Shown: positions 24,501 to 36,300 of the stretch, piece after piece
Layout: each line of letters starts with the position of its first letter
How positions within the stretch are numbered: the first letter of the stretch is position 1
From: Trichoplax sp. H2
Lineage: Eukaryota
Assembly: GCA_003344405.1 (NCBI GenBank)
Contig: NOWV01000313.1
Span: forward strand, 1-51,602
Reading direction: 5' to 3'
Length of the DNA: 51,602 nt
Notes under the pieces: model-generated
Seen by the model: the letters and a program-made list of their open reading frames with translations, nothing else
Databases searched by the model: none
Told to the model about the DNA's origin: nothing
Position numbers and translations under genes: made by a program

Positions 24501-27500
24501 ATCTGTAAGATATCATAACAAATATTTACTTTTGTCATGAATACCAATATATTTGGTAATTTATCAGATTTACATATTCGTAAAGCTTACCTAAGCATCT
24601 AATTTCAATATTTGATGTAATTACATGAAGTATATTGAATTTCTAAGTCTGAAAAATCTTATGAATTAATACTACATTTTTCTGGGTTACTAGTAATCTT
24701 GCCGGCAATCAAATACTACTGTTAGAAGCGGATGTTTTCTCAAAAGAGATTAGCTTGGAAAGATTGTAAGAATAATAACATAATACTTGCTACTTTGTAT
24801 AAATGGAAAAAATTTCTAATGTTGTATTGAAGGCTATTATGCTCGTAGCAGCTTAGAATACCATTAATCAGGAATTGTTTATTGATCAATCAGTTAATTG
24901 TATTTATACATTTCGAAGATTGCTTAGCTTGTGGTTTAGTTGACTTATGATTTTACAAGTAGAATAAGTATATTCATATTTATTAGAACATACAGCAAAA
25001 TTATGTCATACCTATAATAAAATATAATTTCATAATCTTAGTACCTGTAGTCTAACGTAAATCCTCAGAAGTGCTGTTATCATCTAAATATATAACAAAG
25101 GCCAAAAAGTATTTGTATTTTAAGTTGTATCTCTACTTTATATTATAGTAGTTCATAATTCAGCTTCATAAGTAATTAAACAACTAAATATTGCAGTAAT
25201 GCAGCTCCAAGTTATCTTAAGATAAAAATTATAGGATTGTATAAAGATAATTGAAGTTCAAACTTTGATTGTAAGAATGTAAATTGTAGATTTTAAAATA
25301 ATATGTCAGAAATTCTTAGACTGAAGGTAGATAGTAATGTTAGATGAACTAATTTCATGTAATAAAGTAGAATTTTACAAAAAATGCTCTACTTGATATT
25401 ACTTTATCAAGGCTGAAAAATAATTCGCTAATCTACAATATTAAAGGAGTATGACTATAGAAGTACTGTAAATGTGTAATCTATTTTAGAATAGCTTATA
25501 TTTCAGACATTTAATGAGATATTCTTTCTAAAATATTGGCTTTAATTAAATTAGAAATTTAAGTCGAAATAACCTGCTATCGAGCAATGTAAAAGAATTT
25601 ATCCAGCCATTGAAAGAATTACAGTCATTGTAAGAAGAAAAAATGCAATAAACTTAAATTATTCCATATTAACTTATAAAATAGATAGAATGCCTTATGT
25701 AACATACATATCGACTCCTTAGTTCTAACAAAGATGAATTTATGTTTTATAATAACAGAGATTTGCGTAACAATAATTTGTCCCATTTGGATCATAGTAT
25801 GTTTGTTGCACAGAGCATATCATTAAGGAGCTTGTATGTTTGACCAAGAAATAAGAATCTCAATTTTTACTAATTAGCTATTAAGTTAATTAAAGAAAGA
25901 TCAAAAATTAACCCTTTATCTACTGATACGTTGACAGATATCTGAGCTATAACCAAATAATGGAGATTAATGCCTATTACTTTTCAGATCTTTTGTCTTT
26001 ACAGGCAATGTAGGTATAACGTAAACTTGAAGGACTAAGAACTGTAATAGGATTTAAATTTTTTAGTTTTAATTGCATGAATGCATTAAAACAAATTTCC
26101 TAAATACATTTACTCATATTTTTGTTGCATCATAGCTATTTAGATCACAACAAGATCACTGCAATTAACAAAGACACAAGAAGTGGATATGCCAAAGCTA
26201 GAATACTGTAAGTTCATTAAAGAATCTGAATAATTTAGGCCATATGTATACACAATAGTGCCCTAAAATCCTCACTATTGAATAGTTTATGATAACTACC
26301 TCCTTGTATTTTATTCATTAAATTTAAGGCTTTGTATCTATTGCAGTATTATATGCTGTATAGTTGAGATTAGAGTATAGAAGGTTTTATATTATCTTGA
26401 AAAGTGTTCCATGATAGGATTGTCACAAACTTATGTTGCGAACTACTACACTAAACTAATAGATTACTTATGCCTTGCTCCACTACACCAGGAGATCTAC
26501 TGTATGGTAGTTCTTTACTACTTTCGGTCACACAGGGATAAGACTGTTCTAAAAGATTAGTATAGTTTTTATTAGTAGAGTAGCCGAGTACCTTCTCGTA
26601 CACGATCTAATAAGGAACTCAGGAACTGAGCATTCGCTCGTCCTTTTATACCATTCCACTAAATTTATGGTGCACACATAGTAACTTCACAATATAAGAT
26701 TTACATGATTTGTATACGCGATAATCGCACGATAAATGCGCGATAGTCACACGATAAATGCGCGATAATCGCACGATAAATGCGCGATAATCACACGATA
26801 AATGCGCGATAATTGCACGATAAATGCATGATAATCGCGCGTACGTAGCGGGTGCTAACGTATCGCCATTATTAATATCTACTGTATATAGGTTCTACTA
26901 ATTAATTGCAAATACAATTATGCCTTTTGTCGTCTAGCAATCTAGACATTAATATTCTTAATTTCAATTATGCTTACCAATATGATGTATTAGCTAAATA
27001 CTGACAAAATCTATTTAATTAGCAAGTACGGTGCTTTGCTCCGTAACAATTATATATTGTAATCTGACTATTTTGTGTTAGTCATTAGATGCCTATGTTC
27101 TTATATATATACTGTTGTCTTCATTAGTTAGTAGTAGGTAAAGTTAGCTTCTGATTCATCGGAAGGCTTCCTAATTAATATTACTAACTGAGATGTCTGA
27201 ACTATTGTAGAAGAGTATATGAACAAGGCATGCCGTATAACATAGTTAGCCATTAAATTTAGTGGTTAGCGTGCAATACGAGGAGCCCAAGTCTTTATTT
27301 TTTCTGATAGTAGAGAAAAAAGTTTCAGATAGAGTAGACATTATTCCCGGATACGTGGTTTTGAGAAATGACTTATTGATCACATGTAAAGTTATTTTGT
27401 AAAGCTGTTTTATAACGGTATAATGATAAATAACTAATCTGATTAAGCTTAGTATCAACATTCTATTCTTAGAATGCCGTACTTACTAATTAGCTTATAC

Positions 27501-30382
27501 TACAATTTTCGATAAAAAACGTTCCATGAATGAAAGAGTAACGTATTTTGAATTAAAAAATTATTGTATTAGTTTAGCATAAATTTGCTGCTTTTGTTTC
27601 TAGATATATGGGAAATAACTTCATGAGTGATGTCTGTGGTAAAACATTTACGGGATTTTTTTACCTCGAAACTTTGTACGTATGATCGATAAGATTGCAG
27701 TAAATGTAATGTTTTAGGGCGCTATTCATATTAAAAATTCGAACTTAGGAATATAATTTTCTCAAAATACTTTAAATAGACGATTTCTATAGTAGAAGTA
27801 AAGTTCTATAATGGATTGGATTAACATGAAAATTTAAATAGTCCTTACCATTTTACAGATACTTATCAGATAATAATATTCGAAAGCTGGACGCAAACTG
27901 CTTTTCAATTCTGAGTAACCTGAAGGAACTGTAAGCTATTATCTAGTAATACTTTTAATTCGAAGTGTGAGAATCATATTTGAAATTTTATACATTGTAT
28001 ACCGTCATTCATTAAGATTTGTTATATACGTAAGAAATAATCTGTACTGGACCTTTATCGATTATTTTAGGCATTTAGAGAGAAATTTACTAGTGGAATT
28101 TAATCAAGATATTTTTAATGGATTAACTAGCCTATATACTTTGTAAGTTTGATTGAGTAACAATGAAACTAAACGATATTATTTATAGTAAACTAAAATA
28201 TGTTGGTGATGGGAATGATTATCGTTAGTAAAATTATTCGATAAGGCTACTAATTAAATAGCTAAGATGAAAGTTTTCATTGCCTGTTATTACGTTTGTT
28301 AGTCACTTGCATGTGTAGAATAGTATTACATGATGGGATACTAACAAGACATGAGATGCCATTAAAGTATGATATTTTGGATAATCCTAAGTTAAAGAAT
28401 CAACGGTCAACTTAAACTTAACCTAACAACATTAAATTTCAACTTAAGTTTAGGGAAAACACGAGTTAGCTGAAATTGTTAATAATAATCTCACAAAATT
28501 ACTTAGAAAACTTAAAAAGGGAGGAACTACTGGCTTAACCAACCAAAGAATCAAAATAAAGGAGATTGTTCACGATTTTAGGAATATCCCAACCTTTACC
28601 TTTTTATTTCACTGCCCCTTTACTACTGAGCTACACCACCTTTTATATGCTGCAAGAGCAGTTAGTGGATCCAGATTATCAACTTAATCACTCCAAATTA
28701 TTCCAAATTAAACCAGCAATTAGTCACCTATAATGAGATAGAATTTACCGTAGAATCCTGAAATTATTATATTAAAATAAATCGCATTTTAACTGCAACT
28801 TGTATCCCTCTGCGACATACAAAATATACCTGTGATAATTTTAAACCAATAAAGTCTTTGAGTTTCACTTAAAAGCCTTCATTTGATTCCTTTTAGTAAA
28901 ATAGCTTTCTTTTGCTAATATAAGCAAGACCTTTTAATTCATGTTATAAGTCTTGACTGAAATATTAGCAAAAATATTTCTATTCAGTAGCAAATCTTTG
29001 TTACATTAAAAGTACTGAGAAATAGAAAATTATATTTAATATCAATATGCATTTTATTGTTTGATCCATTCTATAGGCACTCAACGCGTGAATTTTTATG
29101 CTGTGTAGCTCCAACTACAGTCCTAGACTGCTCCCCCATTAATAATCAAGAGCAATTATCAACCTGTAATGATGTCCTAGCCCATGTTTCTTTACGCATT
29201 TTTGTGTGGTGTACATCATGTATGATCATTATTGGCAACATCTTGACACTTTATGTGAACAAAACCTTAGAGCAGTGCCGTAATCCTGTACCCAAGCTCT
29301 TAGTAAATAACTTAGCATCTGCTGATCTCCTCATGGGTATTTACTTGCTCATTATTGGTTTTGCAGATGGCATACTACACAATCGCTATGCTAGTAATTT
29401 AGAATACTGGCTGCAAAGTCCAATGTGTGCTTTAGCTTGTTTTTTAACTGCAATTTCTAGTGTCATGTCAGTAGTCATAATGTTAATCATTACGGTGGAT
29501 CGCTTTATCAATATCGTTTTTGTTATGCCAAAGTTTAAAATTACCAAGAAATGTGCTACTATAACCATGATTACATCCTGGAGCTTGTGTATTGTATGTG
29601 TTGGAATACCAGCCATAGCAAGTATTAACCAACAATCTGACAATCGATTTTATGAATACAGTAGTGTATGTATGCCTAGTAATATCAATAACCCATACTT
29701 TGCAAATTGGATATTTGTAGTTTTAGGAATGTCATTTCTGATTTGGATAGCTATTCTAATTATGTACGGTCTAACTTTAGCATCGCTACGAAAAGCAAGA
29801 TTGAAAGTGAAAAAGAAATCAGACTTTAATTATGAAAAGCGTGTTGCTATCCGAATGCTAGTTATTTTAACAACTGATTTAGCCACTTGGATGCCATTTT
29901 ATGTCCTATTAATAAGTGGCGTTTTCGGAAATGAGATTGATATCCATGCACTTCCTTTTATTGCTATTCTGGTTATGCCGATGAACTCTTGCATTAACCC
30001 ATTTCTTTACACATTATCAACCAAGAAAGTTCTGCAACACTTTCGCTTTAAATTTAGTACAAAAACTGATACAAATGAATGCTCACAATCAAACAGATAT
30101 CGATCATCCAAACCGCTTCCTGAATTTCAAGTTGATCGAGAACTGGATACTGCAGGTGCAAAAGTGCAGCCCGAGCATTCTCAACGCGTAGACGTAGCTG
30201 TCACTTTTTCCAGAACTTCTATCGCGCCGCCATTGGGACCAAGTGACAGTGAAATATTAACAGGCAACAATAGCGTAAGTAACCGACTTAATAAAGTCGG
30301 CATTAAGAAGTCGGGAAGCGATAAAAAGAAAAAGTCAACGCAACTTTCTCCATCATCAAATATACTGTTCAGCTTAAGTTAG
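9480..30382 (+). CDS. Multi-exon LRR-containing GPCR (LGR type C, RXFP/GRL101-like): signal peptide + LDLa + LRRNT + 48 LRRs + hinge + 7TM; 53 exons, about 1718 aa
   Basis: Manual splicing; all introns GT-AG and phase-compatible; 5157 nt = 1719 codons incl. stop. Exons: 9480-9534, 12208-12348, 12468-12536, 13219-13327, 13415-13486, 13565-13636, 13794-13868, 14253-14324, 14401-14472, 14621-14692, 14777-14848, 14933-15004, 15081-15152, 15272-15343, 15485-15556, 15690-15761, 15892-15963, 16114-16185, 16553-16624, 16709-16780, 16919-16990, 17255-17326, 17442-17513, 17619-17690, 17814-17885, 17969-18040, 18147-18218, 19006-19077, 19177-19248, 19690-19761, 19934-20005, 20095-20163, 20695-20766, 20924-20995, 21093-21164, 21256-21327, 21510-21581, 22189-22260, 22359-22430, 22560-22631, 23231-23302, 24004-24075, 24197-24268, 24418-24504, 24694-24765, 25555-25629, 25759-25833, 25938-26009, 26136-26207, 27604-27675, 27859-27930, 28071-28142, 29077-30382. 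Confidence 0.88.
10823..11409 (-). mobile_element. Solo LTR-like element in intron 1, 587 bp
   Basis: TGTC...GACA termini, perfect TSD TGTTG; minus-strand start TGTCGCGGTACG resembles family A TGTCACGGTACG. Confidence 0.8.
12208..12348 (+). CDS. LGR exon 2, LDL-receptor class A module
   Basis: tttcag acceptor; VAKCQIKENDDYNYKYPCGIFSNNFISTSKWCNCKNDCSDGSDEAYC with the DCxDGSDE calcium motif; phase 1-1. Confidence 0.9.
12468..12536 (+). CDS. LGR exon 3, linker
   Basis: tgcag acceptor, gtgag donor, 69 nt phase 1-1; DVQHSLSENGIASPCFVHGSITP. Confidence 0.7.
12550..12775 (+). mobile_element. Short family A derivative in intron 3, 226 bp
   Basis: TATCAC...GTGATA termini, TSD TACTT/TATTT (one mismatch), 3' end CGTTATCTTGTCAAAGAGCTGGTTTGTGATA. 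Confidence 0.65.
13219..13327 (+). CDS. LGR exon 4, LRR N-terminal cap
   Basis: VISYYSKFCTSNGNQLHCDGNNLVKFPIIRNSYWKT (CxxxxLxxxP cap motif). Switches phase 1 to phase 2, as needed to enter the LRR exons. Confidence 0.85.
13415..28142 (+). CDS. Array of 48 single-LRR exons (exons 5-52)
   Basis: 43 exons of 72 nt, three of 75, one of 69 and one of 87; all phase 2-2 and stop-free. Consensus xLxxNxIxxIxxxxFxxLxxLxxL, e.g. DLSNNIITDMQEKALNGLKSLQNL (14621) and DISHNNISDVQVDAFQGLEILEEL (23231). Confidence 0.93.
18257..18970. repeat. 170-bp direct duplication (18257-18426 / 18801-18970) around an assembly gap
   Basis: Copies differ at one position seen. 20 Ns at 18427-18446; the intervening sequence ends in TGTTACA. 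Confidence 0.9.
26421..27048 (-). mobile_element. Nested solo LTR-like element, 628 bp
   Basis: TGTCAC...GTAACA termini, degenerate TSD AGGAT/ATTAT with correct 5-bp spacing relative to the host, minus-strand TATAAAAG near 26645. Confidence 0.75.
26717..26840. repeat. 22-bp tandem repeat, about 5.5 copies (CGCGATAATCGCACGATAAATG)
   Basis: Units start at 26717, 26739, 26761, 26783, 26805 and 26827 (partial); 11-bp sub-period. Confidence 0.95.
29077..30382 (+). CDS. LGR terminal exon: hinge, rhodopsin-class 7TM domain and C-tail
   Basis: ctatag acceptor in phase 2. Hinge FLCC..LSTCNDVL, TM1 GN, TM2 NLASADLLMGIYL, WLQSPMC, TM3 DRF, ECL2 SSVCMP, TM6 TDLATWMP, TM7 PMNSCINPFLY: LGR signatures. 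Confidence 0.95.
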
Positions 30383-30569
30383 ACGTCTATTTAACCATAA
30401 TTGTCAACTACCTTACAGTGCATAAACTCCGTTTTATAGGATCACAATTGCTAGTAATGATAGTTTAATACTTCGATTGAATGCCATCTTGATCTTTTAG
30501 AATAAGTAATAGTGCTCGTTTACGACATTCCTATAAATAAGGTAAGACTTTTAATTACTTGACGACCTA

Positions 30570-30575
30570 AATAAA
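30570..30575 (+). terminator. Candidate polyadenylation signal
   Basis: AATAAA about 190 bp after the stop codon; the motif is common in this background. Confidence 0.3.
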
Positions 30576-32963
30576 GAATTATAATTGTCAATACGGATAC
30601 GCATATATAGAATTAGGATTAGAATTTTTAATCTTTACCAGCAACCATATTGCCGATATAAATCCTAACGATGAGATGAACCATTATGAAACTTCAGTGA
30701 GCTGATATACGACATTTATACACAATCTTTACCGTACTTAATTAGCTTTTAGTTGTATTTATCAGCTTAATTGAATTATTATTCCCTTAAATTTTCTTTC
30801 GACCAAGTTATGATAAAAATTGTATGCCTGCCTCTACGAATAAGTGATAGATCAGTATAGATACAAAATTGTACTGATAATGTGATGATAGTAATCTCGC
30901 ATTCGTGTCAGTATGTAAAATTACAATTCTTTCGCTATTCATTCTAAGTTCTGTAGGGAAATTAATAGAAGCACTTAATTTTGGAAATAAAATACTAAAA
31001 ACTTATTCTATTTTTATTAAGATCTGCTATTATAAAACTGGGTAGTATCGTAGAATGAAAAGATATTAACGATAAATGTGTTGTAGTAGAAGCCGTAAAA
31101 TCGATTGTATTCAGCTAGAGTATGGATGACCATAACAGACTGCAATATGATGATAAATAATCTGAATTTATCACACTCAACTTGTAACATAGGTGTAGAA
31201 AAATGGGCTTTATATAAAGTAATATAGTACCAACGATAAATATAAGATGGCAGTACCAGTTCCTAGAAGCATCATAGCATCAAAGATACTACATTTGCAA
31301 GAGAATACAGTCTGGGATCGAGCTGTCTACCGCTTATGTTGTCAGGGTATAATTCCACCTACCATCCCTTGAAACGATCAGCGCGGGGGTATTTTTATAC
31401 TACTGTTAGATGACTTTGATTATGGGTTCATTTCAATAGGTCAGTATAAGATTCTTACAGTACTTTTTACCTCAAGATTTCTTCATGTAAAACGAATAGC
31501 TCTAAGGTAGTAATTTCTGTAGAGTACTGATTATTAAAATAGTATTCGTTATATCGTTAAGGGTGGCCACTGGGCCTTTAAATTTTGATTCGATGTAATA
31601 CTCTGATGAAAATTGAATAAACATAGAATCTTTACAGAGTTTTCTACACAGCCATTTTGATTGTTATATTTTCTTATAACGGCTGCTTTCGACAGAGCAA
31701 GCTTTGCTTGCATACTCAAGCTATCGTTAGATACATCATAATGATTGGTATAAATTTGACCACAGTACTAAGGACATTGTACCGCACTGTAGATATCTTT
31801 TACAGTACCTGCTAATCTTAACTTGGTATGTCCATCGCCGTACATTAGTTATCATAATGTGCTTTGGACCATTTACTAATCTTAATATAGCATTTCATCC
31901 ATCAAGTCATTATTGAAAAGTAGTATTCTACAAGCATTGCTGTGAATAAAGTAGTGCCTGGCTATTACTGGGATATATATTATGTCGAATGGTAATACTA
32001 TCTATTAATTATTAACAAATAAGTACATTATCGTAACCCGTCAGCAAAGGGACGTGAATTTATACTAGTATATTATAATACCAACCACTAAGTATTCTGC
32101 TATACATTGTATGTTATATCATTATTGGAACTTTTGAAACTTCAGTAACAGATCATAGGCTTTCTGTATCAGTATTTCTATAAGAATGCAATATTATCAG
32201 TAAACTTTGCAAGTGCAATCATAGGCTTTCGAATTATTTAGCCATACAATGGTCAGAATTCAGGCAATTATTAAATTCGATATAGCCTATAACTTTAAGT
32301 AAAACTAGGCAGAATAAATTATTTTGGCTATTTATTCCTTAACAGAAAAAATTGTCTTGATTTCCCTAAATTAGAACTTTAGCCTGATGGATTTGATCAT
32401 AAAAAATAAACAATAACAAAAATTCAATCAACTATCTACGATATGATTGAACGATCTTAAAAAATATGTGTGTCCTAATTTATAAGTTCTATAATCTACT
32501 GTGTGCAGTTACTAAAGCAATATCACGCCTGTAGTAAGGCAAAGGTGTATTTACGTATTTATAATTACTGGTGTACTAGTCTATAAACTATCTCATTCTA
32601 GGCTTCATTCCTCCGATTTCTAACGAGATGTGCAATGCTACGATTAACTAAGCCGACAACAACTAGTGATTAGAATTATTTTCTTCATACTCCTTTATAA
32701 TTACAGTAAAATACCGCTTTACTACAATTATTATGCCAAAAGATGCGGGTGAGCAATTTTACTTCCTAAATAATATAAATTCTCATAACATGCGTTCTAG
32801 CTTTCGGTAGAAAAAATATTAGCAACATGGCAAAGGCCAATGATCATTAGAATTGATGATTCCGTACGGTATTTTATTTACTAGATACATATTTATTTCA
32901 TCCTTATTATTGCTAGTATCTAGTTGATGTTATTTAAATATTTTATATAAGTTTATATTCATA

Positions 32964-33301
32964 TGTCACAAACTCCCGTGTGACAAGATAACGTTGTGAT
33001 CGAATCTACGATCTCGCAATAATTCGTACGCCTTCGATTTCCGTTATACTTCTAACCTTAGGAACTAAGAACTAACTGTTATTAATTTGTCCAATCGTTT
33101 AAATAGATTTTATCTACAGCTTTTTTACACACCTCTTAGAATACTACTAATCCAACTATAGATATAAATGACCTTTAACACATCACAATTTAAATCGTAC
33201 CGTCTACAATCTATATCTGGTTACGTAATCTCCTCGGCTTACAATATCATTGTAGCCGCAAAGCATGTACTATTTTGGTACGGTGAGTTAGCACCGTGAC
33301 A
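32964..33301 (-). mobile_element. Solo LTR-like element (family A-related), 338 bp
   Basis: TGTCAC...GTGACA termini, perfect TSD TCATA, shared GTGACAAGATAACG end motif. Confidence 0.85.
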
Positions 33302-36300
33302 TCATAGTAATATGGTCGGCCATTAAAACAAGGAAATCTATTGTTAGACAAAGTAGCATCATAAAAGCTGTATGGCTCAATCATTTCCCAATTTCATGCA
33401 TGTATGATGTTATTACATCAAAATTTTATCTAAATGAAGAATATCAGTCCAATAGTGCTCGCTAATGTACAGTTATGACTTCAATCGTTATAATACAGTA
33501 GTTGGTTTGCAATAAATGATAAATATTAACACTTGATTGTAATAACTGTAAATAAGGATATTTTTGCGTTACATTTCAAATCTACATTCTTGATGATTGA
33601 TAAATTCTCAAAAATGGATGGAAATAACTTGTTAAATTGAGTTATTTCTGCAGATCAAAAACTTAGGATATCATTTTAAATCTATTGGAGATTATCCTAC
33701 AATCGAATAAGCTGTATAGAATTGCTAGGGACAGAGAAATTATATTGTCTTATTTTTTAGTCATTACTCTAATTGAAATACTACATTTTTGTCGCAGATT
33801 TAGCATATTCAGACATTGACAACATTCATCTTACGTGGATATTATACGAGAAGTAATCCCAAATTTCAATGCAACAAAATTCTGATCAATAGAATAAAAT
33901 TTTGAGCGTATAATGAAATTTTTGTAAAAATTTAATTTTGTTTAAATTACAAGTTTGATTCTTACCGTTTGAGCTGTTGCAAATATGATGGGATAGTGAG
34001 GCAGTAGTCAAATTTCATTGTAGTGGTAAAAGGAATTTAATTTTATCTACTACAAAATAATGTTTTATTCTTACAATATCTCGAGTACTGTCGTATTAAA
34101 ATTTAAACGATAATCTACTATAATAGATTTGTTGTAGCTGGACAGACTAAACTTCTTTACAAAAACATGTATCATTTCTGGTATCAATGGCATCATTTTC
34201 TATTTTGGAACGAGAATAGTGCTTAATTTTGGTATTACAATGATATTAATTTCAGAATAGACATTAAATCTCTCTTGAAATTTACTTTTATTTCGATATT
34301 AGTCTAATTCCAGCCTAGCCGTGAATGGTCAAATTGACAAATTGAAGGCTAGACAGGAGGCTAGGGCAAATTTAAAATTAAAGACTAAAATTAATCAAGC
34401 AAAATCATTATCAAAAGATTAATTTATCCTGTGCCTATTCGGCATTGTTCTTACTTAGCCTATAAGATTTAATAAATTTATTAAAATTTAAAGTTAATGA
34501 TGGGATAGAGCTAATGGAAAACAGCTGTGCACAGATTTTTATTTTAAATATTAAAATAGATTAAAAGGAAAGAGTTATCGTAGTTACGAAATAGATGGTA
34601 TTCGCTATTAAAATTTGATTTAATTTAATCATCCCTATAAAACTAACTTGCCATTGTTGTTTAATACTTCACATCGTCCAATATCGAATATTTTAGCATT
34701 AGAATTATATTTTTAGATATTTCATAGATTATCTAAAAATTAGCATTAGAAAAATGAAAACTTTGAACGTATCCGAAACAAAAATTATTTGTACTATCCA
34801 GCCGTTGGGAAGATACTTTAACAATTCACGATGATATATTTTTATATAGGAAGAACCGGTGGTTAATTATTGAACATTATTTTTATGGATTTGATTGTGA
34901 TCATATAAACCTTTGTCTCTTTCAAGATAAGGTATGAAAAAATAACCATTACAACATATTTCTATTTGGTAAATTCTTATGCATATAATTAAGGGTCTGA
35001 AAGAATTTTTTTCATTTACTTTGGATATGTAACAACGCCGTTATTATTCATAATTTTATCATTTTTATGTAAATCATGGAATAATCAAATGTTCTGTCTT
35101 TCTTTAAATGCCTAGAGATGAAATATCTTCCGCTAGTCTACTGCTGCAAAATCAGATTACGTCAAGATTACTACAAAAGAAAGATAATTTATGATGTTGT
35201 AAAATAGGGTCCGCTTATTAATTAATAGGGTATTATTTAAAACAATAACAGCCGAAAGTGTTTCTTTCTTTATATTTTTAGTTTTAATTTACTAATTTAG
35301 TTTTTACTGTTGTAATGAATATATGGCAACACAAAAAGGTATTGAAATAGCATTTCTCACCGAGTTTATTGTTCTTTAATTTTCCCATGTAATGATAATA
35401 TTGTCACGTATTTCATTCTATACTATTTAAGGAATAACTGGATAGGATTCAGTAATGTTCTTAATTTCCTTTGAGCATGGTAGTAATCGTCGAAGAATTC
35501 TAGGTCCATGTTGACTTCATCGAATGCCTAGGATCGATATTGGTTTTCCCTGTTTCGTAAAAATAGCCATAGAAGCATACTTAAGGTTAGATTAAAATTA
35601 ATCACGATTCTTTCCAACGTTCATGGAACTAGTATTAAATTGTGGAAATAACCTTTATTTGAAACTTAGTAGATAAAAATTGACACTATTATCGATATCC
35701 ATTAACACTTTATTCTCAAAAGTATATGAAGCCCTTTTAGGTCTTAATTGCACTAAATCAGATTTATACTGACGTAGTAAAATGTATTGTAATATATTTT
35801 TCTTTGATAACTTTCGGTTAATATATAGAACTGAAACATCATGAGGGCACTAAATTCTTAATAGCTAAAATAATCTTTACTGATTACGATCAACTTGATC
35901 GACGCTAACTGAGTAAGAACTAGATATATGTGCGATAAAATGTTTATATTTTGCAACATATCCCTATTAAGAGCGCGCTGTGTCGATATATTTTTAGCTA
36001 GAATTAGTTAGCTGTATAATTTATTACGACTGTATAAATATAAATCAAATTTTGTAATTTCATCGGATTATCAGCGTTCATCGAGAGAAAATCAAACTTT
36101 CATCAATTTAAAAATCTTGACAGACGCTGATTGATTTCTTTAAGTTTGAATTGATGTTTAAAAATTATCCTTTAGTACTTTTTCTGCTATGGTTCATTCT
36201 TCAGTGGTTATCGCTGAGTATTTTTATGGTCCATCAAACATTGCACTTGTAAAGGCAGAAACCTGAGAATGAAAAGCGAGACATACACTAATTTATTGAA

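Larger units (their letters stand above)
26333..27417 (+). mobile_element. Diverged family A element interrupted by a nested insertion; left boundary approximate
   Basis: TGTTCCATGATAGGA (about 26405) and GTAATCTGACTATT (about 27059) are separated by only a few bases in the copy at 3077-3111 but by about 640 bp here. Confidence 0.7.

Noticed and set aside
26717..26840. CRISPR-like array
   Set aside because: Head-to-tail repeats with no spacers, no cas genes, eukaryotic context.
29057..29076. ORF-track start of the 441-aa GPCR
   Set aside because: It is a TTG inside the intron; the exon begins at the acceptor at 29077.
29386..29643. 85-aa antisense ORF
   Set aside because: Shadow of the 7TM coding strand.
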